Shown: positions 1-8,512 of the stretch, one piece after another
How positions within the stretch are numbered: position 1 is the stretch's first letter
Layout: every line of letters starts with the position of its first letter
From: an uncultured Clostridia bacterium
Lineage (GTDB): Bacteria; Bacillota; Clostridia; UMGS1810
Reading direction: 5' to 3'
Length of the DNA: 64,000 nucleotides
NCBI GenBank assembly: GCA_934463115.1
Contig: CAKSIN010000010.1
Location: 3,239 to 67,238 of the forward strand
Position numbers and translations under genes: made by a program
The notes under the pieces: model-generated
Database searches by the model: none
What the model was told of the DNA's origin: nothing
What the model saw: the letters and a program-made list of their open reading frames with translations, nothing else

Positions 1-1
1 A

Positions 2-229
2 AAATTCAAAACTGTTGCGGTAGGTACTCATGGTTGTATAAAAAACAGGATTGATAAGGATTATTTCAAAGACGGGCTTGCGGAAATAGTTAGAAGGCTA
101 TCGCCGAGAACAATTATTGTGTATGGCGCTGCACCTGATGATATTTTTAAGAAGTACCGGGATGCGAGCATAAATATAATGCCTTTTGAAAGCGAATTTT
201 CAAAATCCAGAAAGCAGGTGACTGCTTAA
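2..229 (+). CDS. 3' fragment of a DUF4417-like protein gene (5' end outside the window)
   Basis: Frame 2 is open from the window edge to TAA 227-229 (...FKTVAVGTHGCIKN...RTIIVYGAAPDDIFKKYRD...SKSRKQVTA*). The family call rests only on remembered DUF4417 C-termini. The stop overlaps the next start (TAATG). Confidence 0.35.
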   Translation, partial: KFKTVAVGTHGCIKNRIDKDYFKDGLAEIVRRLSPRTIIVYGAAPDDIFKKYRDASINIMPFESEFSKSRKQVTA

Positions 230-235
230 TGGGTG
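206..235. repeat. 30-bp direct repeat, copy 1 (covers the last codons and stop of the DUF4417-like gene and the toxin start)
   Basis: TCCAGAAAGCAGGTGACTGCTTAATGGGTG matches 809-838 at 28/30 positions. The 21-nt core 210-230 is identical to 813-833. Confidence 0.85.
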
Positions 236-507
236 CAGGTGCAGGTGGTAATTTCGGAAATACAAGGGGGAGTAAAAGTATTAAATATCCCGGTAACGAT
301 CCATCAATATCGCCCGGTAAAGATTTTGAATGGCGCGGAAAAACCGATCCAAAGGGTGGTAAAGGTAACTGGTATAACCCCAAAACCGGAGAAAAATGGA
401 ATTCGGATTTAAATCACGGAGATCCTATCGGTCCTCATTGGGATTATATTGATTCAAATGGCAATAAATATAGAGTTTTCCCCGATGGGCGCTTAGAGAA
501 AAAATAA
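229..507 (+). CDS. Small stand-alone toxin-like module resembling the C-terminal domain of a polymorphic toxin
   Basis: 92 aa. A Gly-rich linker (GAGAGGNFGNTRGS) is followed by a K/G/W/H-rich domain (GKGNWYNPKTGEKWNSDLNHGDPIGPHWDYIDSNGNKYRVFPDG). There is no signal peptide or delivery domain. The start is coupled to the upstream stop, and a small partner gene follows 13 nt downstream. Confidence 0.45.
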   Translation: MGAGAGGNFGNTRGSKSIKYPGNDPSISPGKDFEWRGKTDPKGGKGNWYNPKTGEKWNSDLNHGDPIGPHWDYIDSNGNKYRVFPDGRLEKK

Positions 508-520
508 TTTGGAGGTAATT

Positions 521-781
521 ATGATGAATAAAAACGATTGGCGATTAACAAATCAAATGAATTATTTGTTTCAAAAAACACTTATAAAGAAACACTATCA
601 ACCGTTTCGCAAAGGTTGGGAGCACGATCATTGCGAGTTTTGCGGAACTCGAATAGACTCTTCGCTGACATTTGCTTATGCAACAGAAGATGATTATCAT
701 TGGATTTGTGAAGAATGTTATCAAGATTTTAAGGAAATGTTTCAATGGAAAGTAATTGATAAGATAACATCAAAAGAATAG
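521..781 (+). CDS. Immunity-like small protein with a putative zinc ribbon (HDHCEFC...CEEC)
   Basis: GGAGG RBS 5 nt upstream of ATG 521. 86 aa with two Cys pairs (CEFC, CEEC). Its position directly after the toxin-like ORF is typical of cognate immunity genes. Confidence 0.4.
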   Translation: MMNKNDWRLTNQMNYLFQKTLIKKHYQPFRKGWEHDHCEFCGTRIDSSLTFAYATEDDYHWICEECYQDFKEMFQWKVIDKITSKE

Positions 782-791
782 AAGGATAATT

Positions 792-825
792 GTCACCTGC
801 TTTCCGGATCCGGAAAGCAGGTGAC
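792..825. repeat. Perfect 34-nt palindrome (17-bp arms, GGATCC centre)
   Basis: GTCACCTGCTTTCCGGA/TCCGGAAAGCAGGTGAC. The right arm is part of direct-repeat copy 2. It lies 11 nt after the immunity-like stop and has no T-tract, so it is not a classical terminator. Confidence 0.85.
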
Positions 826-838
826 TGCTTAATAGGTG
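809..838. repeat. 30-bp direct repeat, copy 2 (ATG of copy 1 is ATA here)
   Basis: TCCGGAAAGCAGGTGACTGCTTAATAGGTG lies 603 bp downstream of copy 1. Confidence 0.85.
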
Positions 839-1001
839 TGTGAATTTTTAATATTACGCCACTTCTATATAAAAAGTTTCTGTCTTGTTACAACCGTATG
901 TACAGTGGTGTGAGAGAGGAGAAATTCATTAACGGTAGTTTCGCCTCAATTGCAGAAAAAACGACGGATAGTTCAAGTTTCAACAATAAGGGATAATTGT
1001 C

Positions 1002-1031
1002 TTGACAACAGTGCGCATGTGACTTTAAAAT
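1002..1031 (+). promoter_or_regulatory. Sigma-A-like promoter preceding repeat unit A
   Basis: TTGACA (1002-1007), 18-nt spacer, TAAAAT (1026-1031). Confidence 0.4.
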
Positions 1032-1350
1032 ATAATTGGATTATAGGTGAGAATCAAATTTCCATTCCGTCTCATGGCTATGGGAACGCGCAGGGACTTG
1101 TTATCACTTACAAAATCATTCATTGTGTGCCGCCGAAAGGGCGCGAATCTATCGCGCCGCGGTTCGGCTAAAATCGACAACACAATAGGAAATAAGATTA
1201 TATGTGCCGCCGATTTTGCACTATGAATGATTTTGCTCGTGAACGCGTCCGCCGCACAACCCCAAGGCCGAACGTCGGAACGAAAATTTTCCGCGGTAAG
1301 GATGTTTGTTTACTTGTAGCTGGTTAGTTGTAAGCTAAACTTTTGCGCCG

Positions 1351-1377
1351 TTGACAACCGCAATTGTTTGATATACT
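1351..1377 (+). promoter_or_regulatory. Promoter-like element at the 3' end of repeat unit A
   Basis: TTGACA (1351-1356), 15-nt spacer, extended -10 TGATATACT (1369-1377). Confidence 0.4.
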
Positions 1378-1682
1378 TTGTATATCAAATTTCCATTCCG
1401 TCTCACGGCTATGGGAACGCGTAGGGGGCTTGTTATCACTTACAAAATCATTTATTGCATGCCGCCGAAAGGGCGCGAATCTATCGCACCGCGGTTCGGC
1501 TAAAATCGACAACACAATAGGAAATAAGATTATATGTGCCGCCGATTTTGCACTATGAATGATTTTGCTCGTGAACGCGTCCGCCGCACAACCCCAAGGC
1601 CGAACGTCGGAACGAAAATTTTCCGCGGTAAGGATGTTTGTTTACTTGTAGCTGGTTAGTTGTAAGCTAAACTTTTGCGCCG

Positions 1683-1709
1683 TTGGCAACCGCAATTGTT
1701 TGATATACT
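1683..1709 (+). promoter_or_regulatory. Promoter-like element at the 3' end of repeat unit B (probable GH112 promoter)
   Basis: Same element as 1351-1377, but the -35 reads TTGGCA (1683-1688). The -10 is TATACT (1704-1709). It lies about 140 nt upstream of ATG 1847. Confidence 0.4.
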
Positions 1710-1846
1710 CTGTATATCAAAATTCCATTCCCTCTCATGACGGTGAGAGCATGCGGGACAAATCGCGACTTAGAAAATAATTATTGCGTGCCGAAACCGA
1801 TTTAAAAATCACCTGATACATCAAATTACATACGGAGGTTACATAC

Positions 1847-3985
1847 ATGAAGAATACAAAAGGTTCATTTACGCTGCCCGGTGAAAGCGGCTACGAAGAT
1901 CTCACACTTAAGCTTGCGGAGAAGTGGGGAGCGGATGTAATCCGCGACAGTGACGGTACGGAGCTGTCGCCGGAGATAGTTGATGCCGGATACGGAATAT
2001 ATTCCACAATATGTATTATCCGAAACCACAACGATTGGGCAAAAAAGAATCCCGACAAGCTCCAGCAGACATTTCTTATTTCAGAGCCGGTGGTAGCTGA
2101 GAATACAACCGTAACGGTAAACCTTATGGACGGATATTTCAGCGAGCAGTTTTCGCTGAATGATTCCGACGAGTCGGTTGCGCTCTGGCAGGTGTTCGAC
2201 AGAACGACAGGCGAAGAAGTATGCGGCTGGGAATACAGCAGCGACGCGGTGGTAATAAACGACGCGATACCGTTTCACAAATATACGGTAAATTTTTTGG
2301 CATATCGCATTTGGGAAGAAATATCAATGTACAATCATGTAACGAACAACTGGAACACCGAGCACATGATGCAGATTGATCCCGTCTATCCCGAAACACA
2401 GGAATACATGATGTCGTGGATGCGCAGCTGGTGTGAGTCGCATCCGAAAACAACCGTTGTACGTTTTACATCCATGTTCTATAATTTTGTGTGGATATGG
2501 AGTTCATATGCCAAAAAACGCGAAGTTTTTTCGGATTGGGGTTCCTACGATTTTACCGTAAGCCCGAAAATGCTTGATGATTTCGGCAAAAAATATGGAT
2601 ATAACCTGACATCGGAGGACTTTATAAACGGCGGAAACAGGCATGCAACGCATTGCGCGTGCCCGAAGCGCATTCTTGATTACATGGAGTTTGTAAACAG
2701 TTTTGTAATTGAGTTTGGAAAAAAGCTGGTTGATATCGTTCATTCCTACGGGAAAAAAGCATATGTGTTTTACGATGACAGCTGGGTTGGTGTGGAACCG
2801 TGGGGAAAGAGATTCGGCGAATTCGGATTTGACGGACTCATCAAATGTGTGTACAATGCATTTGAAGCAAGACTGTGCGCCGGTGTGAAAGATGTGGATA
2901 CACACGAGATACGTCTGCATCCGTATCTGTTCCCGGTTGGTCTCGGCGGCGCTCCCACATTTGCACCCGGCGGCAATCCCACGGCAGATGCCAAATCATA
3001 TTGGAAAGACGTTCGCCGTGCACTTCTGCGCGACAGGATAGACAGAATCGGTCTTGGAGGATATTTGTCGCTCACATTGCCGTTCCCGGATTTTAACGAC
3101 TATATCGAAAAAATTGCGGACGAATTCCGCGCGATAAAGGATTTGCATATATCGGGCAAACCGTATGTAAAAAAACCACGCGTTGCCGTTTTGACATTTT
3201 GGGGAAAGCTGCGTTCGTGGATATGCTCCGGTCACTATAACGACAACCCGGCAGTTTGCCTTATTGATATAATCGAAGCGCTTGCCGGAATGCCTCTGGA
3301 TATTGAGTTTATCAGCTTTGATGATTTGCTCGGCGGCGCGCTTGATAATTTTGACGTTGTGATAAATGCCGGAGCGGCAGGTACCGCATGGTCGGGCGCA
3401 AAGGAATGGGAAAATCCCGATGTAACCACTGCCATAACCGAATGGGTATACGGCGGCGGAGTGTTCCTTGGTGTCAACGAACCGTCGGCAGTATGTGCGG
3501 GTTCCGAATTCAGAATGTCACATGTGCTGGGGGTTGATTACTGCGGTGTCGACAAGCTGTGTCACGGGAAGTTCGGATTTGACGTATCCGAATCCGATTC
3601 GGTGCTCGATTCAACGACTCTTTCGGGCAAGGATGATATTTATATTATATCAGACAAAACAAAGGTACTTCTTGCCGACGGCGAGAAACCCGTTATCACG
3701 CGCAATGATTTCGGAAAAGGTGTAGGACTGTATATGTCGTCGTTTAAGCATGGCGATATTAACAACCGCACACTTCTCAATCTTATTTTGGAGAGCTGCG
3801 GCGATACTTCAGCGGAATATCTCACGGACAATCCGCACACAGAGTGCGGATATTATCCGAATGGCGGATTCCTTGTGGTAATAAACAACAGTGCCGACAG
3901 TCAGACAACAACCGTCAAAACACAATACGGTGACAAAACGGTTACGCTTGACGGCTATGACGCAAAAATAATGAATATTAAGTAA
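1847..3985 (+). CDS. 1,3-beta-galactosyl-N-acetylhexosamine phosphorylase (GH112, lacto-N-biose/galacto-N-biose phosphorylase)
   Basis: 712 aa with a GGAGG RBS. Full-length similarity to remembered GH112 enzymes (FTLPGESGYEDL...WGADVIRDSDGT, YTVNFLAYRIWEEISMYNH, VVRFTSMFYNF, GGYLSL, ISFDDLL, VVINNS...TTTV). Confidence 0.9.
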   Translation: MKNTKGSFTLPGESGYEDLTLKLAEKWGADVIRDSDGTELSPEIVDAGYGIYSTICIIRNHNDWAKKNPDKLQQTFLISEPVVAENTTVTVNLMDGYFSEQFSLNDSDESVALWQVFDRTTGEEVCGWEYSSDAVVINDAIPFHKYTVNFLAYRIWEEISMYNHVTNNWNTEHMMQIDPVYPETQEYMMSWMRSWCESHPKTTVVRFTSMFYNFVWIWSSYAKKREVFSDWGSYDFTVSPKMLDDFGKKYGYNLTSEDFINGGNRHATHCACPKRILDYMEFVNSFVIEFGKKLVDIVHSYGKKAYVFYDDSWVGVEPWGKRFGEFGFDGLIKCVYNAFEARLCAGVKDVDTHEIRLHPYLFPVGLGGAPTFAPGGNPTADAKSYWKDVRRALLRDRIDRIGLGGYLSLTLPFPDFNDYIEKIADEFRAIKDLHISGKPYVKKPRVAVLTFWGKLRSWICSGHYNDNPAVCLIDIIEALAGMPLDIEFISFDDLLGGALDNFDVVINAGAAGTAWSGAKEWENPDVTTAITEWVYGGGVFLGVNEPSAVCAGSEFRMSHVLGVDYCGVDKLCHGKFGFDVSESDSVLDSTTLSGKDDIYIISDKTKVLLADGEKPVITRNDFGKGVGLYMSSFKHGDINNRTLLNLILESCGDTSAEYLTDNPHTECGYYPNGGFLVVINNSADSQTTTVKTQYGDKTVTLDGYDAKIMNIK

Positions 3986-3996
3986 TTTTGGGCAAA

Positions 3997-4029
3997 AAGA
4001 AAAACCGTCGGACAAAGACGGTTTTTCTT
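3997..4029. terminator. Bidirectional rho-independent terminator between the convergent GH112 gene and sigH
   Basis: 13-bp stem AAGAAAAACCGTC/GACGGTTTTTCTT with a 7-nt loop. A-run and T-run flanks give a U-tract on both strands. Confidence 0.8.
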
Positions 4030-4182
4030 TTTCCTTTAAAAGGAGGGAAAATTGAAAAAAGTTTGTTTGTTGTGGTATGTATATATAATAGCATATTTTC
4101 CCTGTTTTGGCAATATTTCAATTGACGAAATATACGAAAATCAATCATCATTTTTGTGCACAAATCACAAAAATAGTGATTT

Positions 4183-4821
4183 TTACAATATTCCGTCGGA
4201 CTCGGAAGCTATTTTTTCTATTTTCTTTTTGATTCTTTGCAGGGCATTGTCTATGGATTTTTCCGATTTACCCAGTTCGGCAGCTATTACACAGTATCGT
4301 TTCCCGGCAAGATATTTCCTGAGAACGCATGTTTCGTATTTGCTGAGCGACGCAATAAGCCTGTTTTCCAAAAAGTCGGAACGCTCACGGTTTATCATTA
4401 TCTCCTCGGGATCAAACTTGTGCTGTTCGGCAAGCGAATCGAGAAGTGTGCTGTCGCTGTCATCTCCGAAAGAACTTTTGCTGAGTGATATATACGAATT
4501 GAGCGGTATGTGCTTTTGACGTGTCGCGGTTTTTATTGCGCTTATTATCTGTCGGGTAATGCACAGTCCGGCAAATGAGCGAAATGTTGCGCCGCTGCCC
4601 GGTTTGTAATCGCGCACCGCTTTGTACAGACCTATCATACCCTCCTGAATAATATCTTCTCTGTCGGCTCCTATCAAAAAGTATGTCCGCGCCTTTGCGC
4701 GCACAAAGTTTCGGTATTTATCAAATATATAGTCAACCGCCCCGGAATCTTTGTCGGGAACGAGGGAGAGTATTTCTTCATCAGACATTTTGTCAAAATC
4801 ATATTTTTGCATTTGTACCAC
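4183..4821 (-). CDS. sigH: RNA polymerase sporulation sigma factor SigH
   Basis: 212 aa. Typical SigH N-terminus and regions 2 and 4 (DYIFDKYRNFVRAKARTYFLIGADREDIIQEGMIGLYKAVRDY...FRSFAGLCITRQIISAIKTATRQKH). Confidence 0.85.
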   Translation of the reverse strand: MVQMQKYDFDKMSDEEILSLVPDKDSGAVDYIFDKYRNFVRAKARTYFLIGADREDIIQEGMIGLYKAVRDYKPGSGATFRSFAGLCITRQIISAIKTATRQKHIPLNSYISLSKSSFGDDSDSTLLDSLAEQHKFDPEEIMINRERSDFLENRLIASLSKYETCVLRKYLAGKRYCVIAAELGKSEKSIDNALQRIKKKIEKIASESDGIL

Positions 4822-4919
4822 CGCCTGTTAAAATTTTATATTATAAAATCCGATTTGTCAAGAGTCGGCTTGTTCTATTTTTGAGACAACCTAATATACT
4901 TGTATTGTGAGGTGGTTCT

Positions 4920-5828
4920 ATGAGCATTCCCGAAGAGCAGATTCGAGCGTATATACCGTCTGCCGTGCTCTGCCGTATGGGCGGCGGCATTTTTGAGAAA
5001 GGTGTAACCGAGCTGAGATTTTCGGTCGGAAAACGCCCCATGGCAGTCACGCGCAGTGGACTCGAATATATACTCGGCGGTGAACATGCCGGGTATGTTG
5101 TGCGGCACGGGGATATTGTCGAGGTGGCGGACAGCGTGTCACATGGTAGCATGTACTCTGTAAACGGCAGTATTGTAAACGGATTTGTCACCGTTCCCGG
5201 CGGCCACAGAATCGGCTTTTGCGGAACGGCGGTGTATGACGCGGACAAAATTGCGCATATCAAGGATATATCGGATATATGTATTCGTGTTGCACGTCAG
5301 GTCATCGGCTGTGCCGACGGTATTGCCGGTGAACTGTACAGCGGCAATGTGCCGTCAAACATTCTTATTGCTTCTCCGCCGGGATGTGGTAAAACAACGG
5401 TGCTGCGCGATATATGCAGAATCCTCGGAAACGGTTCACCGCGGCACAGACCGCTCAAGGTAGGAATTGCCGATGAACGCAGCGAGATAGCTGCCGTGTA
5501 CAACGGCGAGAGTCAAAACGATGTCGGCGAAGCGTCATTTGTGTGTACCGGGTACAATAAACTGCACGCAATAAATATCATGCTCCGTGCAATGTCACCG
5601 GATGTAATCGCAACCGATGAAATAGGGAGCAGTGATGATTTTGACGCAGTGCAGACCGCGCAAAGGAGCGGTGTGTCAGTTGTGGCAACGGCTCATGCAC
5701 GCTCGCCGGATAATCTGTTTGAAAAATTCGGCAAAGAAAAACTGCACGCGTGTTTTGACAGAATAATATTTTTGTCAAAAATGTCTGTTGCGGACAGAAT
5801 ATACAGGAGGGAAAACAATGATTATTAA
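4920..5828 (+). CDS. spoIIIAA: Stage III sporulation protein AA (AAA+ ATPase)
   Basis: Walker A motif SPPGCGKTT, GAGGTGG RBS, first gene of an eight-gene spoIIIA-ordered operon. Confidence 0.9.
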   Translation: MSIPEEQIRAYIPSAVLCRMGGGIFEKGVTELRFSVGKRPMAVTRSGLEYILGGEHAGYVVRHGDIVEVADSVSHGSMYSVNGSIVNGFVTVPGGHRIGFCGTAVYDADKIAHIKDISDICIRVARQVIGCADGIAGELYSGNVPSNILIASPPGCGKTTVLRDICRILGNGSPRHRPLKVGIADERSEIAAVYNGESQNDVGEASFVCTGYNKLHAINIMLRAMSPDVIATDEIGSSDDFDAVQTAQRSGVSVVATAHARSPDNLFEKFGKEKLHACFDRIIFLSKMSVADRIYRRENNDY

Positions 5829-6333
5829 AATTATCGGAATTGCTTTGGTGATGATATCGGCAACGCTTATAGGTTTTTGCTTTTCGGAGTGTATGGTCTG
5901 CCGCGAGCGCGAGGTAGACAATCTCGGTGACGCGGTGGCAATTATGGAGGATTGCCTTGAATGCACAATGGAGCCGGTAGGCCGCCTTTTCGGAAAAGCA
6001 TTGCCCCATGTCAAAGGCGGAGTACACGACATGTTTGCTCTTACGGACAAATATGTCGCGGACGGGATGAGCGCGTCAAAGGCATGGTGTGCGGCATTGG
6101 ACGAGAGCGCATGTGCGCTGTGTCTCAGACGTTCGGACTGCGAATATCTGAAAGCGTGCGCCGATTCTTTTTGTGCAAACGATATCGGGCAGCAGAAGAT
6201 GCAGCTGAAGTCTCTGCGCAGCAAAATATCAATGCTCGGTGACGATATAAAGAACTACAACAATAAAAACTGTCGGCTGTATAAGGCACTCGGTGTATAC
6301 GGCGGAGTGTTTTTGTGTGCCGTACTCTTTTGA
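5818..6333 (+). CDS. spoIIIAB: Stage III sporulation protein AB
   Basis: Start chosen at ATG 5818 behind AGGAGGG. N-terminal TM segment. Position and size fit SpoIIIAB. Confidence 0.8.
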   Translation: MIIKIIGIALVMISATLIGFCFSECMVCREREVDNLGDAVAIMEDCLECTMEPVGRLFGKALPHVKGGVHDMFALTDKYVADGMSASKAWCAALDESACALCLRRSDCEYLKACADSFCANDIGQQKMQLKSLRSKISMLGDDIKNYNNKNCRLYKALGVYGGVFLCAVLF

Positions 6334-6344
6334 GGAGGCTCCGG

Positions 6345-6542
6345 ATGATTGGAACAGAGCTTATTTTTCAGATAGCCGCCATAGGAATTATTGTTTCGGT
6401 GCTGTGCCGCCTGCTTGTTCAGTCCGGGCGCGACGAGCAGGCATTCATGGTTTCTCTTGCCGGGCTTATATCCGTAATGCTTATTGTCGTCAGGCAGGTC
6501 AGCACATTGTTTGATACTGTCAGGGAGCTGTTCGGACTATGA
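6345..6542 (+). CDS. spoIIIAC: Stage III sporulation protein AC
   Basis: 65-aa two-TM protein (MIGTELIFQIAAIGIIVSVL...) with a GAGGAGG RBS. Confidence 0.85.
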   Translation: MIGTELIFQIAAIGIIVSVLCRLLVQSGRDEQAFMVSLAGLISVMLIVVRQVSTLFDTVRELFGL

Positions 6543-6928
6543 TTATAATGCTTCGGGTGTCGGCTCTCGCGGTTGCGACGGCAATTTTTTCGCTTGTTGT
6601 AAGCCGTGATTTCAAGGTGGGTGCACTGGCTTTGTCGCTGACGGCATGTATGTGCATTTTTGCGGCGGCTGTCGGTTTTCTGGGCAGTGCGGCAGAGGTG
6701 CTTGATTCAATAAAAGGATTGAACTCGGCGAATAAACGGTGTGTGGAACTGATGATAAAAGTGCTCGCCGTTGCATATGCCGCGAATTTTGCCGGCGATG
6801 TGTGTACGGAGGCAGGGGTAAAGTCGGTTGCGTCGGCTGTGGAAACATTCGGAAAATTGGTAATGCTGTCGCTTGCATTGCCGATGCTTCTTGAAATATT
6901 CAGATCGGTGGTTGGAATGCTCAAATGA
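6539..6928 (+). CDS. spoIIIAD: Stage III sporulation protein AD
   Basis: 129-aa polytopic membrane protein with overlapping start and stop codons. Operon position fits. Confidence 0.85.
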   Translation: MIIMLRVSALAVATAIFSLVVSRDFKVGALALSLTACMCIFAAAVGFLGSAAEVLDSIKGLNSANKRCVELMIKVLAVAYAANFAGDVCTEAGVKSVASAVETFGKLVMLSLALPMLLEIFRSVVGMLK

Positions 6929-8034
6929 CAAACAAAAGGATAATCATGGCGGTATTTGCAACAGTTGTATTTACAATCGCATTTTTGACATGGCGCGGAG
7001 CAGCCCGGGCGGACAGTTCGGTTGTGAACGACACATACATATCGGAACTTGACACCCTTGCAGGCTACGGCACATTCGGCGATTTGATTTCGGATATTAT
7101 AGACGGCGGTCATCCGGATCCGCGCGGTATCCTGCAAAATCTGATATCGTTTATAGCCGGCGATATCCGCACTGCGGCCGCATATTCCTCCGCAATTGTG
7201 GCGGTTGCCGTTATGAGTGCATGTATCGGCGGTGCCGGAAGCGGCTTTTTGCAAAAAAACGGCGAAACGGCTTTTTTAATTTGCTATTGTATTGCAGCGT
7301 CATTCTCGGTCGGTGTGTTAAAAACCGCGGCGGAGTCGGCAGTGCAGTGTGTGGAGAGAATCTCGGCATTTGTAAAGATGACGGTTCCGGCATACATAGG
7401 GTTTGTCACGGCAACGGGGGCGGTGGGTGCCGCCGGAACAAGAACCGTTTTTCTGATAATGGTAAATATTGTAACGGATTTTGCCGGAAATGTTATGCCG
7501 GGGGTTTTTTTTAATATCGGAATAATGTACGCGGTAAACTATATGTCCGGCGAGATACACGTTGTGAGACTTGTTGAGCTTGTACGGCAGGTAATGTTCT
7601 GGATTCTCGGCTTGCTCCTTACGGTGTTTGCCGGTTCTGTCGGATTGTCGGGTATTAATGCCGGCGCCGGGAATATGTCTGTCAAAGCGCTGAAATACAC
7701 TGTCGGGCGGTGTGTGCCGGTTATAGGCGGATTTTTAGCGGAGTCGACTGATGTACTCGCCGCCTCTGCCGCAATATTTCGTTCGGCATTTGGAACAGCA
7801 GGGATAATTATTTTGTTTTCAATGTGTCTGCTCCCTGTGGCAAAATTGTTTGTTATGGGGGTATCACTCAAGGCGGCGGCAGGTATAGCCGAGCCGTTCT
7901 GCGATTCGCGTATCAGTGACTGTGCGGCCGGAATCGGTCAGACCATAATAGACATAACGCTGTGTATTGTGCTTGTTTCGGTAATGCTTATGCTTGCCGT
8001 TGCGGTGCTTATTCTTACTGCGGCAGGGGGGTAA
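6925..8034 (+). CDS. spoIIIAE: Stage III sporulation protein AE
   Basis: 369 aa with a signal sequence and multiple TM segments. Operon position fits. Confidence 0.85.
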   Translation: MTNKRIIMAVFATVVFTIAFLTWRGAARADSSVVNDTYISELDTLAGYGTFGDLISDIIDGGHPDPRGILQNLISFIAGDIRTAAAYSSAIVAVAVMSACIGGAGSGFLQKNGETAFLICYCIAASFSVGVLKTAAESAVQCVERISAFVKMTVPAYIGFVTATGAVGAAGTRTVFLIMVNIVTDFAGNVMPGVFFNIGIMYAVNYMSGEIHVVRLVELVRQVMFWILGLLLTVFAGSVGLSGINAGAGNMSVKALKYTVGRCVPVIGGFLAESTDVLAASAAIFRSAFGTAGIIILFSMCLLPVAKLFVMGVSLKAAAGIAEPFCDSRISDCAAGIGQTIIDITLCIVLVSVMLMLAVAVLILTAAGG

Positions 8035-8041
8035 CAGAGTG

Positions 8042-8506
8042 ATGCAAACTGTAAATTCCTACACGGTTTCCGTTTGCTTTGTTATTTTGCTGTGCACGGC
8101 TTTTCAAATGCTCATGCCGTCGGATAAATTCAAGGTGAACACGCGCATTATTTCCGGGATATTTATTCTGTCGGTGCTTGTCAATCCGGCATTAAAACTT
8201 ATCGGCGGAGATATTGAAAGCCGAATGTCAAACGGCATTGCCGGCGGTAATCCGTCTGCGGATGAGCAAGTTGAAAATTTGCAAGGCGAGTTGGACTCAG
8301 CTTTTCGCAAATCTGTAAAGAGGGGCATGGCGGACGAAATAGAAAAATGCGTATCCGAAAAGTTCTCTTTGGGCGAAAAGATTACGGCGGATGTGTCCGA
8401 CGATTGCCTGCGCGTCACACTGCGCAAAGTACCGCAGGATATTCGCGGCGAGGTTTCGGACATAATCAAAAACCGGTTCGGTATCGAACCGCAGTATACG
8501 GAGTGA
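8042..8506 (+). CDS. spoIIIAF: Stage III sporulation protein AF
   Basis: Start at ATG 8042. N-terminal TM pair. Operon position fits. Confidence 0.75.
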   Translation: MQTVNSYTVSVCFVILLCTAFQMLMPSDKFKVNTRIISGIFILSVLVNPALKLIGGDIESRMSNGIAGGNPSADEQVENLQGELDSAFRKSVKRGMADEIEKCVSEKFSLGEKITADVSDDCLRVTLRKVPQDIRGEVSDIIKNRFGIEPQYTE

Positions 8507-8512
8507 TAATAT

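Larger units (their letters stand above)
1054..1800 (+). repeat. Tandem repeat with two full units (A 1054-1384, 331 bp; B 1385-1716, 332 bp) and a diverged partial third unit (1717 to about 1800) that forms the GH112 leader
   Basis: Direct alignment of the units. The last ~220 nt are nearly identical. The differences cluster in the first ~110 nt and in the promoter at the 3' end of each unit. Confidence 0.9.

Noticed and set aside
792-825. The 34-nt perfect palindrome as an integron attC site or as a classical terminator.
   Set aside because: No integrase and no GTTRRRY core sites are nearby, and no T-tract follows the hairpin. Its right arm is simply direct-repeat copy 2.
950-1558. ORFs 950-1171 (+), 1364-1558 (+) and 1324-1515 (-) inside the tandem repeat.
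   Set aside because: They have no RBS. The reading frames are not preserved between repeat units (1-nt indel, different frames). The composition is arbitrary.
1054-1800. Riboswitch, T-box leader or CRISPR-like array in the 331-bp repeats.
   Set aside because: I found no match to any riboswitch or T-box consensus I can recall. The units are contiguous with no unique spacers and are far longer than CRISPR repeats. It is reported as an unexplained tandem repeat instead.
4822-4919. Sigma-E-type promoter for the spoIIIA operon in the sigH/spoIIIAA divergent region.
   Set aside because: There is only a loose resemblance (AATATACTT) to the -10 consensus I remember. That is not enough to call it.
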